This document shows, piece after piece, positions 8,560 through 18,355 of a stretch of 64,000 bases of DNA. Under the pieces are notes generated by a model, which saw only the letters and a list, made by a program, of their open reading frames with translations, ran no database searches and had not been told where the DNA came from. Source of the stretch: a virus; IMG/VR virus record IMGVR_UViG_3300006316_000001, positions 42,816 to 106,815 of that record; one strand, 5' to 3'. Position numbers and translations under genes: made by a program. Position 1 is the stretch's first letter. Each line of letters opens with the position of its first letter.

Positions 8560-10344
8560 TTGATTAATTTTGCTAAGGATATTGTTATGAATTATCTTAA
8601 GAAGGTAAAGAATTTCGATATGGAGCAATTCAACCATGGGGTTCCCGAATATAATATGACTTGGGAGTCCATGGACCAATATGCATACAATGTCATGATG
8701 GGAATTGTTCCCGTCGGAAAACAAGTAAAGTATTGTGTGGCTCGTTATATTTATGATCGAGTTACAAGAAAAGATTTAGAATTGAGAACTCACGAAGTAG
8801 ATGAGTTGTGTCAATTCGCTGGTCTGTTGAAACACGTTAAAGGTCCATTGAATGGTAAGCCTGTCGAGTTGATGAACTGGATGGTATTCGTTCTTGGTAA
8901 CATCTTCGGATGGTATCACAAAACTGGGCATAAGAAAGGTACGCGAAGATTCACCAAAGCATTCACATTAGTTGCTCGTGGTAATGCAAAATCTTTCTTA
9001 TGTTCCATTGTTGCTCTTTGGACTCAGTTGACCTCACCCAACGGTTCTCCGTCATGTTATTCAGTTGCTCGTCAACGGGATCAGGCGAGAATCGTTTTTG
9101 ACGATGCGTCTAAGATGCTTAGAAATGCTGATCCTATTTTGAGGCGTTGGTTCAAACCCCACGCCCATGATATGGAGTGTATATTCCAAGATGGTATCTT
9201 TAAACCGATGTCGTCAGATTCTCAATCGTTGGATGGGCACCGTGTTGCTTTGGGTATCGCTGATGAGCTACACGCTCACCACAGTGGTGAACTCCTTAAC
9301 ACATTATTGTCTGGTACGACAGCTGTTAATGATCCTCTAGTATTCTCAATATCTACCGCTGGTAAACAGTTGGAAGGTGTTTGTGTTTCAGAGAGGAATG
9401 TTGTGCGCTCAATCAATGAAGGCTTCGAAAAAGAGGATTCATACTTCGGTATCGAATATGCCCTTGATGAAGATGATGATTGGGATGACGAGAGTTGTTG
9501 GTATAAATCCAACCCATCTCTTGGACATGCTGTGAGTATTGACGATTTGCGTGGTAAGGTTGTTCGTGCTAAGAATAACGTAGTTAACCGCGTTGATTTC
9601 CAGACCAAGCACTGTAACATATTTGTGAACACCAATGATAATCCATATTTGGACATCTTGGAACTTCAAATAAAATGTGCCAGAGAAGACCAGAAACTGT
9701 CAGACTATGTCGGACGGGAATGTTTCGGTGGTCTCGATTTGGCGCAGAAAACGGATTTGACCGCTCTAGCATTATTGTTCCCTGAGAAAGATGGTTCATT
9801 GACTGCTTTCTTCCGGCACTACCTACCTGAAGGTGCGTTGGAAAAACAGACCGCAGGTCGTTATGAAGCATATCTTCAGTGGGAAGAAGAAGGACACATG
9901 ATATTCACGGAAGGTTTTTCCACGGATTATGCGTTCATAGAAAAGGACATTCGTTGGGCTGCTAAGAATTTCGATCTTCAGCAAGTTGGGTTTGACCCAT
10001 ACGCTGGTACGCAGCTAGCACTTGGCCTTATCAAAGATAATATTGATATGGTCGAGGTTCGCCAAGGCTATGCGAGTTTGAGTGAACCTGCCAAGTTATT
10101 CCAATCTCTAATCGTCGACGGCAAATTCAACTATCAGGATTCTGACAAAGTCTTTGAGTGGTGTGCATCAAACTCTGTTTGTAGCGCCGACCTCAACGAG
10201 AACATCAAAGTCCATAAGGCGAAAGATAAGCCTCATGACAAGGTTGACTCTATTGTTGCCTTGATTACTGGCTTGGCTCTTGCCAAGTTGAAAGAACCTA
10301 AGAAGAAATCACCATACCGTAAACGGGGTATGTTGGTTGTTTAG
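8560..10344 (+). CDS. terL: Terminase large subunit
   Basis: Walker A-like VARGNAKS, Walker B IADELH, ISTAG, nuclease GGLDLAQKTDLTA, FDPY, KVDSIVA; start may be 8587. Confidence 0.95.
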   Translation: MINFAKDIVMNYLKKVKNFDMEQFNHGVPEYNMTWESMDQYAYNVMMGIVPVGKQVKYCVARYIYDRVTRKDLELRTHEVDELCQFAGLLKHVKGPLNGKPVELMNWMVFVLGNIFGWYHKTGHKKGTRRFTKAFTLVARGNAKSFLCSIVALWTQLTSPNGSPSCYSVARQRDQARIVFDDASKMLRNADPILRRWFKPHAHDMECIFQDGIFKPMSSDSQSLDGHRVALGIADELHAHHSGELLNTLLSGTTAVNDPLVFSISTAGKQLEGVCVSERNVVRSINEGFEKEDSYFGIEYALDEDDDWDDESCWYKSNPSLGHAVSIDDLRGKVVRAKNNVVNRVDFQTKHCNIFVNTNDNPYLDILELQIKCAREDQKLSDYVGRECFGGLDLAQKTDLTALALLFPEKDGSLTAFFRHYLPEGALEKQTAGRYEAYLQWEEEGHMIFTEGFSTDYAFIEKDIRWAAKNFDLQQVGFDPYAGTQLALGLIKDNIDMVEVRQGYASLSEPAKLFQSLIVDGKFNYQDSDKVFEWCASNSVCSADLNENIKVHKAKDKPHDKVDSIVALITGLALAKLKEPKKKSPYRKRGMLVV

Positions 10345-10368
10345 GTATAAAAATGTCGGGAGACCACA

Positions 10369-11709
10369 ATGAATTTTATTTCTAAAATAAAGGGTGCATT
10401 AAGTGGTACATCAACTCCAGTCAAGCCTTATGTTCCAGAAATGAAACAGAAGGCGAATCCGTACAGTGATAATTCATTTTTCGGCAGCTTAGGTGTTAAA
10501 TCATCATACGCTGGCGTTGACGTCAATTATACGAGCGCAATGAGACACAATGATGTTTACACATGTGTTCGTATAAAGGCTGAATCATTAGGACAACTTC
10601 CTATTCAGCTATACCGTCACAACGCAGATCGAAAAACGAGAATTACATCAGGACGTGAATACAAGATATTCACGCAGAAACCTAACGCATATCAGACATG
10701 GCAAGATTTCATTGAGCAATACGTTGCATCATTAGAAATCCAAGGCAACTTTTATGCTGAGATTAAGCGAAATACATACGGAAACGTGTATGAGATTGTA
10801 CCATTCAGATACCAGAACAACGTGAGCGTTGAGATGGATTCTTATGGTCGTGTGTACTACACATACTCAACTAACGATGGCAAAGGGCGAGTCGAAAAGA
10901 AGACATACGCTCCTTCATCAATACTACACGTTAAATTGTTCACCACAGATGGCTATCGAGGATTATCCCCGATAACTCAATGTGCGAGAGCAGTGGGTGT
11001 CGCAATCGCAAGTGAAACCACCGCAGCTACAATGTTCGAAAAAGGAGCAAAGCCTGCAGGTGTGTTACAAACAGACGAAGTGTTCGATGATGACGATGAT
11101 TCTATAAACCGTCTTCGCGACCAATGGCAAGAATTATATGGTGGACCTGATAACTCGGGTAAGATCGCCATCCTTGAATCAGGTTTGAAATTCCAATCTG
11201 TTTCATTGTCTGCTGTTGATTCACAACTTCTGGAACAACGTAAATTCACTCGTGAACAAATCTCATCAATCTTCAGAGTTCCATTACACATGCTTCAAGC
11301 AGCTTCCGGTATGAAATATGCCTCGGTTGAGGGTAACAATAAATCTTTCTATAAAGATGCGTTGATGCCTTTGGCTATTAAGTTGCAGAATGCGATTAAT
11401 GAAATTCTACCAGAGAACCATACCATTAAAATGGACGAGAAAGAATTCGTCCGTGGCGACCGTGAGTCGCATGTTAAGACAGTCAAGGAAGAATTGACTG
11501 CTGGGTTTATCTCTATCAATGAAGGTCGAATCGAATTAGGTTATCAGCCAGTCGAAGGTGGCGATGTATTTGCTGTACAGACGAATAACTTGACGTTCGG
11601 GCGTTATGATGAACTACCATCAGTTGAGGAACAGATGAAATCTAAGAATCCATCCAGTCCTGAGCCTAAACCTGATGCCCCTCCGAAGGAGAGTAACAAT
11701 GGCACGTAA
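10369..11709 (+). CDS. Portal protein, HK97 family
   Basis: VYTCVRIKAESLGQLP, KPNAYQT, GLSPI, DSQLLEQRKF..EQISSIFRVP, INEGR. Confidence 0.95.
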   Translation: MNFISKIKGALSGTSTPVKPYVPEMKQKANPYSDNSFFGSLGVKSSYAGVDVNYTSAMRHNDVYTCVRIKAESLGQLPIQLYRHNADRKTRITSGREYKIFTQKPNAYQTWQDFIEQYVASLEIQGNFYAEIKRNTYGNVYEIVPFRYQNNVSVEMDSYGRVYYTYSTNDGKGRVEKKTYAPSSILHVKLFTTDGYRGLSPITQCARAVGVAIASETTAATMFEKGAKPAGVLQTDEVFDDDDDSINRLRDQWQELYGGPDNSGKIAILESGLKFQSVSLSAVDSQLLEQRKFTREQISSIFRVPLHMLQAASGMKYASVEGNNKSFYKDALMPLAIKLQNAINEILPENHTIKMDEKEFVRGDRESHVKTVKEELTAGFISINEGRIELGYQPVEGGDVFAVQTNNLTFGRYDELPSVEEQMKSKNPSSPEPKPDAPPKESNNGT

Positions 11710-12856
11710 AATGCAAACAAAAGGTTTTGACCAAAAGATTATCATCAAGTCCAAGGATGACGCACCGGAAGGTACATTCGTGGCATATGGTAATGTGTTT
11801 GGCGTGAAAGATAACGCTGGTGACATCACAGTCAAAGGCTGTTTCTCAAACACAATTAAAAAGCATAAGTCTGAAGGCACAATGCCTCGCTTATTGGCGC
11901 AACACGGACATCGTATGATGCCTATTGGTATCATAACTGATATGATTGAAGACGAAAAAGGTCTTCGCTTTGAAGGTCAATTCTGCCTTGAGACGCAAGC
12001 TGGCTCTGAAGCCCACGCTCTTTGTAAGATGGGCGCAATCGATCAGTTTAGTATCGGTTACGTGACACTTGATCAAGAGATGACAACTAAAGGTAATCTG
12101 TTAAAAGAACTTGACGTTGCTGAAATTTCTCTTGTGACTTTCGCTTGTAATGAACATTCAACATTAGTGGACGTTAAGTCAGCAGTGGAGAATGAAGAAT
12201 TGACCCCGCGCCTTCTTCAGAAAGCGATCCGCGATGCATTCGGTCTTTCTAAACGTCAGTCTGAAGCAGCTATTAATGCGATAAAAGCGACTGAGCGTGA
12301 AGAAGTTGAAGAAGAATCCACCGAAGTTAAAGAACTTGGGTTGGACGAAGCGTTCCGCGTCAAAATGTCAGAAGCTCCGGAACTTACTAAGTTCTCCGAC
12401 GGACTTGAAGTCAAGTCCCTTGGCGATAAGTCTTTCCAACAGGTTCTTTCTGGAATCAAATCAGCTCTGGTTGAACCAATCGGTCACTGGGATTTCTATC
12501 TTGATGATGTATTTGAATCTAAAGGATATGTCGAATTCTGTGACTACCGCGCTCGCAAGTACAAGCATGCTGAGTTCGAATGGATGATGGACGACATGGG
12601 CGAAGTTCAAGTGACTTCCTTCAAGACTGGCACCAAAGAATACGGCACAACATTTGTTGTTGATGCTGAAGATGGCGTTAAAAATAACGTTGACGACATC
12701 GAATCTAAACACGAAGATGAAGAAACTGTTGAATCATTAGCAGCGAAACTTCTTGGTGTTGATTTCGAGACCAAAGAAGAATCGGATGTTGAAAATAACA
12801 CAAAAGCCGATGATATTGATCTCGAAACTATTGATCTAACTGAATTGCTCAAGTAA
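11699..12856 (+). CDS. Prohead maturation protease (HK97 type) with long acidic C-terminal extension
   Basis: F.AYGNVFG.KD..GD, LAQH, PIG, FSIGY, EISLVTFACN; lies between portal and MCP. Confidence 0.9.
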   Translation: MARKMQTKGFDQKIIIKSKDDAPEGTFVAYGNVFGVKDNAGDITVKGCFSNTIKKHKSEGTMPRLLAQHGHRMMPIGIITDMIEDEKGLRFEGQFCLETQAGSEAHALCKMGAIDQFSIGYVTLDQEMTTKGNLLKELDVAEISLVTFACNEHSTLVDVKSAVENEELTPRLLQKAIRDAFGLSKRQSEAAINAIKATEREEVEEESTEVKELGLDEAFRVKMSEAPELTKFSDGLEVKSLGDKSFQQVLSGIKSALVEPIGHWDFYLDDVFESKGYVEFCDYRARKYKHAEFEWMMDDMGEVQVTSFKTGTKEYGTTFVVDAEDGVKNNVDDIESKHEDEETVESLAAKLLGVDFETKEESDVENNTKADDIDLETIDLTELLK

Positions 12857-12957
12857 GTGGGGGAACCACTTAATTGACGGATGACTCTTTGTGGTGGTCC
12901 ACATAGATAAATCCAAACACATCTTTTATTATAATCCCTCATTTAAGGATACATACA

Positions 12958-14211
12958 ATGTCTGCTATTGAACAAATCAAAGAAGCTCAAACACTAGCTG
13001 TTAAAGAAGCAACGGCTCCACTGAACGAAAAACTAGACCAACAAGAACTTGTCATCAAAGAACAAGGTGAACTGATCACATCACAAACTGAGCTTCTTGA
13101 AGAAGTTAAGCAAACTGTTGCTGATCTTGAATCTAAGCACTCTGATCTGGTTCCTGCTTCTGTGGAAGTGTCTGAAGTTAAATTCGACCGCAAAGTGCTG
13201 AACCAAAAGCTACGTGATCTATTCACTGGCGATAAAGGTGTTGACCTTGCGAATGTTGACACTAAAGCTCTTGCTGTTGGTGGTACTGGCGGTGAAGCCC
13301 TAGCTATCGATGAAGAACTAGGTCGTCGCGTTATCGAGCGTTCTCGTGAAAACGTTGCAATCCTTGGTCTAATCGGTTCTAAGTCTGTAAGTTCTGTTAA
13401 CTATCGTGAGATGGTTCTTCGTAACTATCCTGGTACTGCTAAAGGTATCGAGAACGTTGCTGGTACTGACTGGAATGCGACAGCGACACAGACTTACGAA
13501 CAGGTTGTGATGCAAGTTGCTAAGCAATACGCGAAGCCACAAATCACACACGAAGCTGCACGTGACCCACACATCGACCTAATGGCGCATCTTGAAACAC
13601 TACTAGCTGAAGAAATGTCTCGTTACTGGGCTCTTCAAGTTCTATTCGGTGATGGTCGCCCTGATAACCTTCGCGGTATCCTATCAAGCAAACGCGCATC
13701 ACTTGGTGCTGGCTCAGAATCTCGTAAAGATGCTGCTGAGCGTGACTTCGACTTCTACAAAGTTGTACCATCAACTGAAGCCGCTAAACTTGGTTCTGAT
13801 CATGAAGAGATCATCGACAACATGATTGATCTGACTATCGAAGTTCCAACTCAGTACCTATCTAATTCATCTTACACGATGAACCGTCGTACTCTGGGTG
13901 TTCTTCGTAAGATCAAACAATCTACGGATGGTACTGATCTTCGTCCTCTGATCCAATTCGAAGCTGGTAACTTTACTCTTGTTGGCTATGGTGTTAACAT
14001 CGAAGACTACATGCCTGATGTTGCGACTGACTCAATGCCGATCATCTTTGGTGATCTTTCTCGCGCATTCGTTCTTATCGACATCGATGACGAGTACCTA
14101 GTTGACCCATACACCACAGATGGTGTTGTTACGCTGAAGTCTACTTCTCGTAAAGGTGAAATTGTTCAGAACAACGATGCTATCGTTATTCTGTCGTGTG
14201 AAGCAGCATAA
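12958..14211 (+). CDS. Major capsid protein, HK97 fold
   Basis: N-terminal coiled-coil delta domain, GDG...LRGIL, MNRRTL..LRKIK, IIFGDLS; canonical position after protease. Confidence 0.93.
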   Translation: MSAIEQIKEAQTLAVKEATAPLNEKLDQQELVIKEQGELITSQTELLEEVKQTVADLESKHSDLVPASVEVSEVKFDRKVLNQKLRDLFTGDKGVDLANVDTKALAVGGTGGEALAIDEELGRRVIERSRENVAILGLIGSKSVSSVNYREMVLRNYPGTAKGIENVAGTDWNATATQTYEQVVMQVAKQYAKPQITHEAARDPHIDLMAHLETLLAEEMSRYWALQVLFGDGRPDNLRGILSSKRASLGAGSESRKDAAERDFDFYKVVPSTEAAKLGSDHEEIIDNMIDLTIEVPTQYLSNSSYTMNRRTLGVLRKIKQSTDGTDLRPLIQFEAGNFTLVGYGVNIEDYMPDVATDSMPIIFGDLSRAFVLIDIDDEYLVDPYTTDGVVTLKSTSRKGEIVQNNDAIVILSCEAA

Positions 14212-14232
14212 TCTCACTTCATAGTGAAACAC

Positions 14233-14256
14233 GGGAGACCTCGGTCTCCCATTTTT
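14233..14256 (+). terminator. Rho-independent terminator after MCP
   Basis: GGGAGACC-TC-GGTCTCCC followed by ATTTTT. Confidence 0.7.
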
Positions 14257-14275
14257 AATCTAACATTCTCGGAGA

Positions 14276-14611
14276 ATGAAAATGTCTAAAACATATGAAG
14301 GTACAAATCCGGCTGTCGATCACACGAACGCGGCAACGGTTCCGGCTGGTGTTACTATAGCAGAAAACATTGACTTTGACGGTCAAGCTCGCGGCATTGA
14401 TGAAATTGCTGTGCAACTTGACGCCATTTTCGATCATGCTGTAGCTGGCACTATGACAGTCGAACACAAAGCTCAATACGCTAATCTGATGCGTCAACTT
14501 GGTACAGTTCTACAGAACACTTCAATTGAAGGTTTACGTGGCAAAGCGACTGGCGCGACTCCAGCAGCAGGTTCACTATCCGAATCTCTTGCTGTGATCT
14601 TTGCTCTGTAA
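14276..14611 (+). CDS. Hypothetical virion protein (possible capsid decoration protein)
   Basis: Position between MCP and connector; function inferred from position only. Confidence 0.55.
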   Translation: MKMSKTYEGTNPAVDHTNAATVPAGVTIAENIDFDGQARGIDEIAVQLDAIFDHAVAGTMTVEHKAQYANLMRQLGTVLQNTSIEGLRGKATGATPAAGSLSESLAVIFAL

Positions 14612-14636
14612 TTGAGTTTCCTGATTACAAAAAATG

Positions 14637-14674
14637 AAGCCCACTGGTCGCTTAGAGCACTAGTGGGCTTTTTT
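14637..14674 (+). terminator. Rho-independent terminator
   Basis: AAGCCCACTGGT...ACTAGTGGGCTT followed by T run. Confidence 0.75.
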
Positions 14675-14689
14675 GTTTAGGGGGTTCTG

Positions 14690-15251
14690 ATGAGAACAAA
14701 AATAATTTCTGTGGATATGTCGGAAGACATAGTAGGCACAGATGAAGCTATGCAGTCATTCTCGAATTGAGGATGACTACGACATTGAGCTTGTTCAAAT
14801 CCAAGTTGCTGCTGCGACTGATCTGGTTTCAAAATGGTTGAATCGGAAGTTGTTCCCTACTGATATGGTGGGTTCTATACCAACATACCGCAAGAAGATT
14901 AATCTTCCTTATCCTCCAATACATTCCGTTTCGAAGGTCACTATTGAGGATGACGATGGGAATGAGATGACACTCACAGAAGGCGTTGATTATGTATTCG
15001 ACGACATCAGTGAACAAGTTATTTTCCGAGTGATTCCCCCACAGAATACCCGCAATAACGTCAAGGTGCATTTCTCATGCGGCTACCAAACCGCTGAAGA
15101 AGTTCCTCAAGCTATTAGGCATGCTATCAAACAGACATTCGCCACATTGTACGAGAATCGTGAAGATACCGTTATTGGTGCGTCTGTGAATGAAGTGCCA
15201 CTCAAGACTCAACGTCTGATTGGTGCGTATCGTATTAAGGCGATCTCATAA
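14690..15251 (+). CDS. Head-tail connector (gp6-like); reading frame split by an apparent 1-nt insertion near 14753
   Basis: AGGGGG RBS plus ATG 14690 gives MRTKIIS...IVGTDEAM; the +1 frame gives SHSRIEDDYD...LPYPPI.SV...VPQAIRHAI...LYENRE. Confidence 0.8.
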
Positions 15252-15583
15252 TGGCTGTTCGTGCAGGGAGACTGCGCCATAGATTAGAATTGTGGAAGTT
15301 GGCTGGGACAAAAGATAAGTTCGGCTCAATCACCAATGAGAAGGTGCGGGTTGGTACATATTGGTGTAACATTGAAAACACCAAGAATGAGACTGTTGGG
15401 ACTGACGTAAGGCAGAACCAGAATAGTATCTCATTCATAACCAGATACAATCGAACATTGGAAACTCCGGACAATAACATGTACGTGGTATTCAAGGGCG
15501 TTGAGTATGACATTAATAGTGTCCTCAATCCAAGATTCTTGAATGAGCGTTTGGTTATAGAATGTGTAGCTAGAGGTAACTGA
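15251..15583 (+). CDS. Head closure / head-tail adaptor (SPP1 gp16-like)
   Basis: RAGRLRHRL.L...D.FG, ITRY, YDINSV. Confidence 0.88.
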   Translation: MAVRAGRLRHRLELWKLAGTKDKFGSITNEKVRVGTYWCNIENTKNETVGTDVRQNQNSISFITRYNRTLETPDNNMYVVFKGVEYDINSVLNPRFLNERLVIECVARGN

Positions 15584-15584
15584 T

Positions 15585-16208
15585 ATGCCTTTTGAAGTCA
15601 CGACGTCAGCGATTGGAATCAAAGATACGAACAAAGCCCTAGAGAACATGGCTGATGAACGCGGAAAGAAATGGAAGCGTGATGCATTCATGAAATCAGG
15701 TTTCGAATCATTCCAACACGCAGTTCGAAAATCGCGCGCTAATGCCCCTGTTGGTGAAACTGGCCTCACTAAGAGAAGCATCACATCAACGCGTGGGTAT
15801 TATAACAAAAGAATTCGAACAACATCTTCTGGAAAGATAACCAAGCGCACAAGGAATGAATATTCAATTTCCACAACCCTTAAGAATTCTTTTAATGCGA
15901 AAGCGCCTAAGAATCGAAAGGGGCAAGCGGTCAGATATCCATTCATGAATGAAGTTGGCGTTCCGGCTCAAACGTATACCCGTATATCCAAAAACGGAAT
16001 GCTTCATTCAGTTACCCGAAAAGCTTCCCGAAACCCTTTGTTATTTCAACATAGGGCGTTGGGCACAACAGCAAATAAAGTAGTTAGTACTTGGAATCGA
16101 AAGTTCTCATTCTACCTAGATTTATATGCAAAATCGACCTATGCTACTTTGAGGGGTGCACACAGTGCATTCATTCGAACTGGTGGTGTTGGTTCTAAAT
16201 GGAAATAG
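15585..16208 (+). CDS. Neck/tail component (HK97 gp10-like)
   Basis: A.APVGETGLTKRSI, YPFMNEVG; position after head closure gene. Confidence 0.7.
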   Translation: MPFEVTTSAIGIKDTNKALENMADERGKKWKRDAFMKSGFESFQHAVRKSRANAPVGETGLTKRSITSTRGYYNKRIRTTSSGKITKRTRNEYSISTTLKNSFNAKAPKNRKGQAVRYPFMNEVGVPAQTYTRISKNGMLHSVTRKASRNPLLFQHRALGTTANKVVSTWNRKFSFYLDLYAKSTYATLRGAHSAFIRTGGVGSKWK

Positions 16209-16212
16209 ACAT

Positions 16213-16596
16213 ATGGCATTGACATTGATACATGATAAGTTTAAAGTGCTTATTGATGGAATTACGGGAGGTGATGCATATCCTGTATTCATCCCTGAAG
16301 AAGCTTCATTTCCGGCATATATGTACTCGTTGGAAACGCTATCCCGCGATATCGAGAGTAACCTTCGTGATACCACAGTATCAGCTCACGTTTTTGGTGT
16401 ACATGTTGTCGATAAGACATTCGCTGGTTGTCATGACCGAACGCAAAAACTTTTAGACGGCTTGGATCAGTACACTGAAGGATCTTCTGGATCTCTTTTG
16501 CTGGTTCTTGTTGAGGATGCTCAAGACGGGTTTGACCCTGATCTTGATGCATACACAAAGACACTCGTAGTTTCAGTACGAGTCAAGGAGATTTAA
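16213..16596 (+). CDS. Tail terminator protein
   Basis: YPVFIPEEASFPAYMY motif; immediately precedes the tail tube genes. Confidence 0.75.
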   Translation: MALTLIHDKFKVLIDGITGGDAYPVFIPEEASFPAYMYSLETLSRDIESNLRDTTVSAHVFGVHVVDKTFAGCHDRTQKLLDGLDQYTEGSSGSLLLVLVEDAQDGFDPDLDAYTKTLVVSVRVKEI

Positions 16597-16597
16597 A

Positions 16598-17092
16598 ATG
16601 GCTTTAAAAGACATTTCTCTCGCAAACTTTACCACAGTATCATTCTTCGATCATGACGTTGGTAGTGGTGAGTTTGTTGAGATAGCAGAAGTGCAATCAT
16701 TGACGCATCCCACGGATGAGCGAACAATTATTGAAGTTCCCGAGTTTGGAACTGATTATCCAACCAAGCGTGTTGGTTCGAGTTCAACGGGTAATGCTGA
16801 GGTTGTTGTTAACTTCAACCCTGCTGAACCGTCACATATTCGCATGCTCGAAATTTATGAGAAGCGTGCTCTTATGTTGTTCCGAATCACAATCAACAGT
16901 GATAACGCTGGAACTGACAGTTCATTTTTCGAATTCAATGGACAAGTGGCATCGAAAACATCTTCAGGTGAATTTGACGCGATGACTACATTGACATTCT
17001 CAATCACAGTTGATGGAAAATTGGGTGAGTGGGATACTCCACTTTCAACCCCTGCTCCAGATCCTGAACTTCCTGACGAAAATGCTCCATAA
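16598..17092 (+). CDS. Major tail tube protein paralog 1
   Basis: EIAEVQSLTHPTDE..IIEVP...GNAEVVVNFNP...F.GQVASK..SGEFD....LTFSITVDG. Confidence 0.8.
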   Translation: MALKDISLANFTTVSFFDHDVGSGEFVEIAEVQSLTHPTDERTIIEVPEFGTDYPTKRVGSSSTGNAEVVVNFNPAEPSHIRMLEIYEKRALMLFRITINSDNAGTDSSFFEFNGQVASKTSSGEFDAMTTLTFSITVDGKLGEWDTPLSTPAPDPELPDENAP

Positions 17093-17100
17093 GGGGGAAA

Positions 17101-17556
17101 ATGATGGCAGGTTTAACTGACATTTCTATTGGTAACTTTACCAAGGTGTATTACAACACCGGAACAACAGCATCTCCTACATGGGTTGAGATTGAGCGCA
17201 TTCAAAGCCTAACGCATCCAACAGATGAAAAGAATATCGTGGAAGTTCCTCGATACGGTAGTATCTACCCTACCAAATTGGCTGGTTCTGCCTCAACTGG
17301 TAATGCTGAGATTGTTGTTAACTTTAATCCTGATAATTCAACACATCAATACTTGCTTGCTTCATACAAAAATGGTAGTTCTGAAGAATTCAAGATTGAA
17401 GTGAATGAAGACATTGACGGTACAAACGGTTCATATTTCCGTTTCGCAGGTCAGGTTGCTTCTAAATCATCATCAGGTGAATTTGATTCCATTACCACAA
17501 TGACATTCTCATTATCTGTGAATGGCGCTATTGGTGATTGGACACCTAACGCTTAA
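17101..17556 (+). CDS. Major tail tube protein paralog 2
   Basis: Colinear homolog of 16598 with the same motifs. Confidence 0.8.
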   Translation: MMAGLTDISIGNFTKVYYNTGTTASPTWVEIERIQSLTHPTDEKNIVEVPRYGSIYPTKLAGSASTGNAEIVVNFNPDNSTHQYLLASYKNGSSEEFKIEVNEDIDGTNGSYFRFAGQVASKSSSGEFDSITTMTFSLSVNGAIGDWTPNA

Positions 17557-17611
17557 ACTTTGTACATTAACCCAACTTAACCGTTGGGTTATTTTCGATG
17601 AGGAAACCATC

Positions 17612-17908
17612 ATGAGTGATATTCGTGACCGCCTTTTGGCAATCAAAGACAAAATTCATAAAGTGGAAGTTGGCGGTGTTGTCGTCTACTTTAAGCACCT
17701 AAAATCATCAAACGCATCAACCATCATGAAGATGAAGGGCACTGACAGTGACTCGTTAATCTTCACTATGTGCGCTTGTGAAGAATCTGGTGAACCATTA
17801 TTCACATTGGAAGAGATTGACGTTGTCAAAGAACTTCCACAAAATATAGTCAAAGCTGTAGTTACAGGCGCAGTGATGGGCAATGAAAAAAAGCCGCTCG
17901 GAGCCTAA
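17612..17908 (+). CDS. Tail assembly chaperone (lambda gpG analog)
   Basis: GAGG RBS; lies between tube and TMP; ends just after a slippery site. Confidence 0.82.
   Translation: MSDIRDRLLAIKDKIHKVEVGGVVVYFKHLKSSNASTIMKMKGTDSDSLIFTMCACEESGEPLFTLEEIDVVKELPQNIVKAVVTGAVMGNEKKPLGA
17887..17893 (+). other. Programmed -1 frameshift site A AAA AAG
   Basis: The -1 frame continues KAARSLIENPDRKFMLQLA into ORF 17932-18345. Confidence 0.85.
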
Positions 17909-18345
17909 TCGAAAACCCCGATAGGAAGTTTATGCTCCAGTTGGCAATAGCTTGGGGTCAACCCCTTGAGTATATTGAGAACTTACCCTTTGAGGTTCTA
18001 TCGGAATTTAAAGCTCTCAATGCATGGAGTCCATTCACTCCTGAACGGCAAGCTCATCAGCTCGGTGCTATAGCATCAATGCTCTCACATAAGGTCTACA
18101 AGAAGGGAAAATCCGCTAGTGAACTTTTCACATATCTTCAAGATGGCGTTCCAAGCTTCATGGAAGATGAGAGGGTCTATAAGGCTCGTTCTCTAATTCG
18201 AAGTGCGGGTGACGCGCCAGCTCATATACGCGAACAACAATTAAAAACAATAAAGACCGCTATTGCAGAAGAATTGGAAATTGAGAATAACAGCGATGAC
18301 CCAGACCTGTATGTAATTAGGCAATTGACTAAATTGATTAACTAG
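17890..18345 (+). CDS. Tail assembly chaperone frameshift extension (gpGT analog)
   Basis: Open -1 frame from slippery site; F.LQLA...G....I..LP...L.E..A pattern. Confidence 0.78.
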   Translation, partial: KAARSLIENPDRKFMLQLAIAWGQPLEYIENLPFEVLSEFKALNAWSPFTPERQAHQLGAIASMLSHKVYKKGKSASELFTYLQDGVPSFMEDERVYKARSLIRSAGDAPAHIREQQLKTIKTAIAEELEIENNSDDPDLYVIRQLTKLIN

Positions 18346-18355
18346 GAGATCAGAG

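Noticed and set aside
8970-8995. TerL Walker A variant (ARGNAKS) as a sign of inactivation
   Set aside because: The Lys-Ser and all other ATPase and nuclease motifs are intact; terminase P-loops vary
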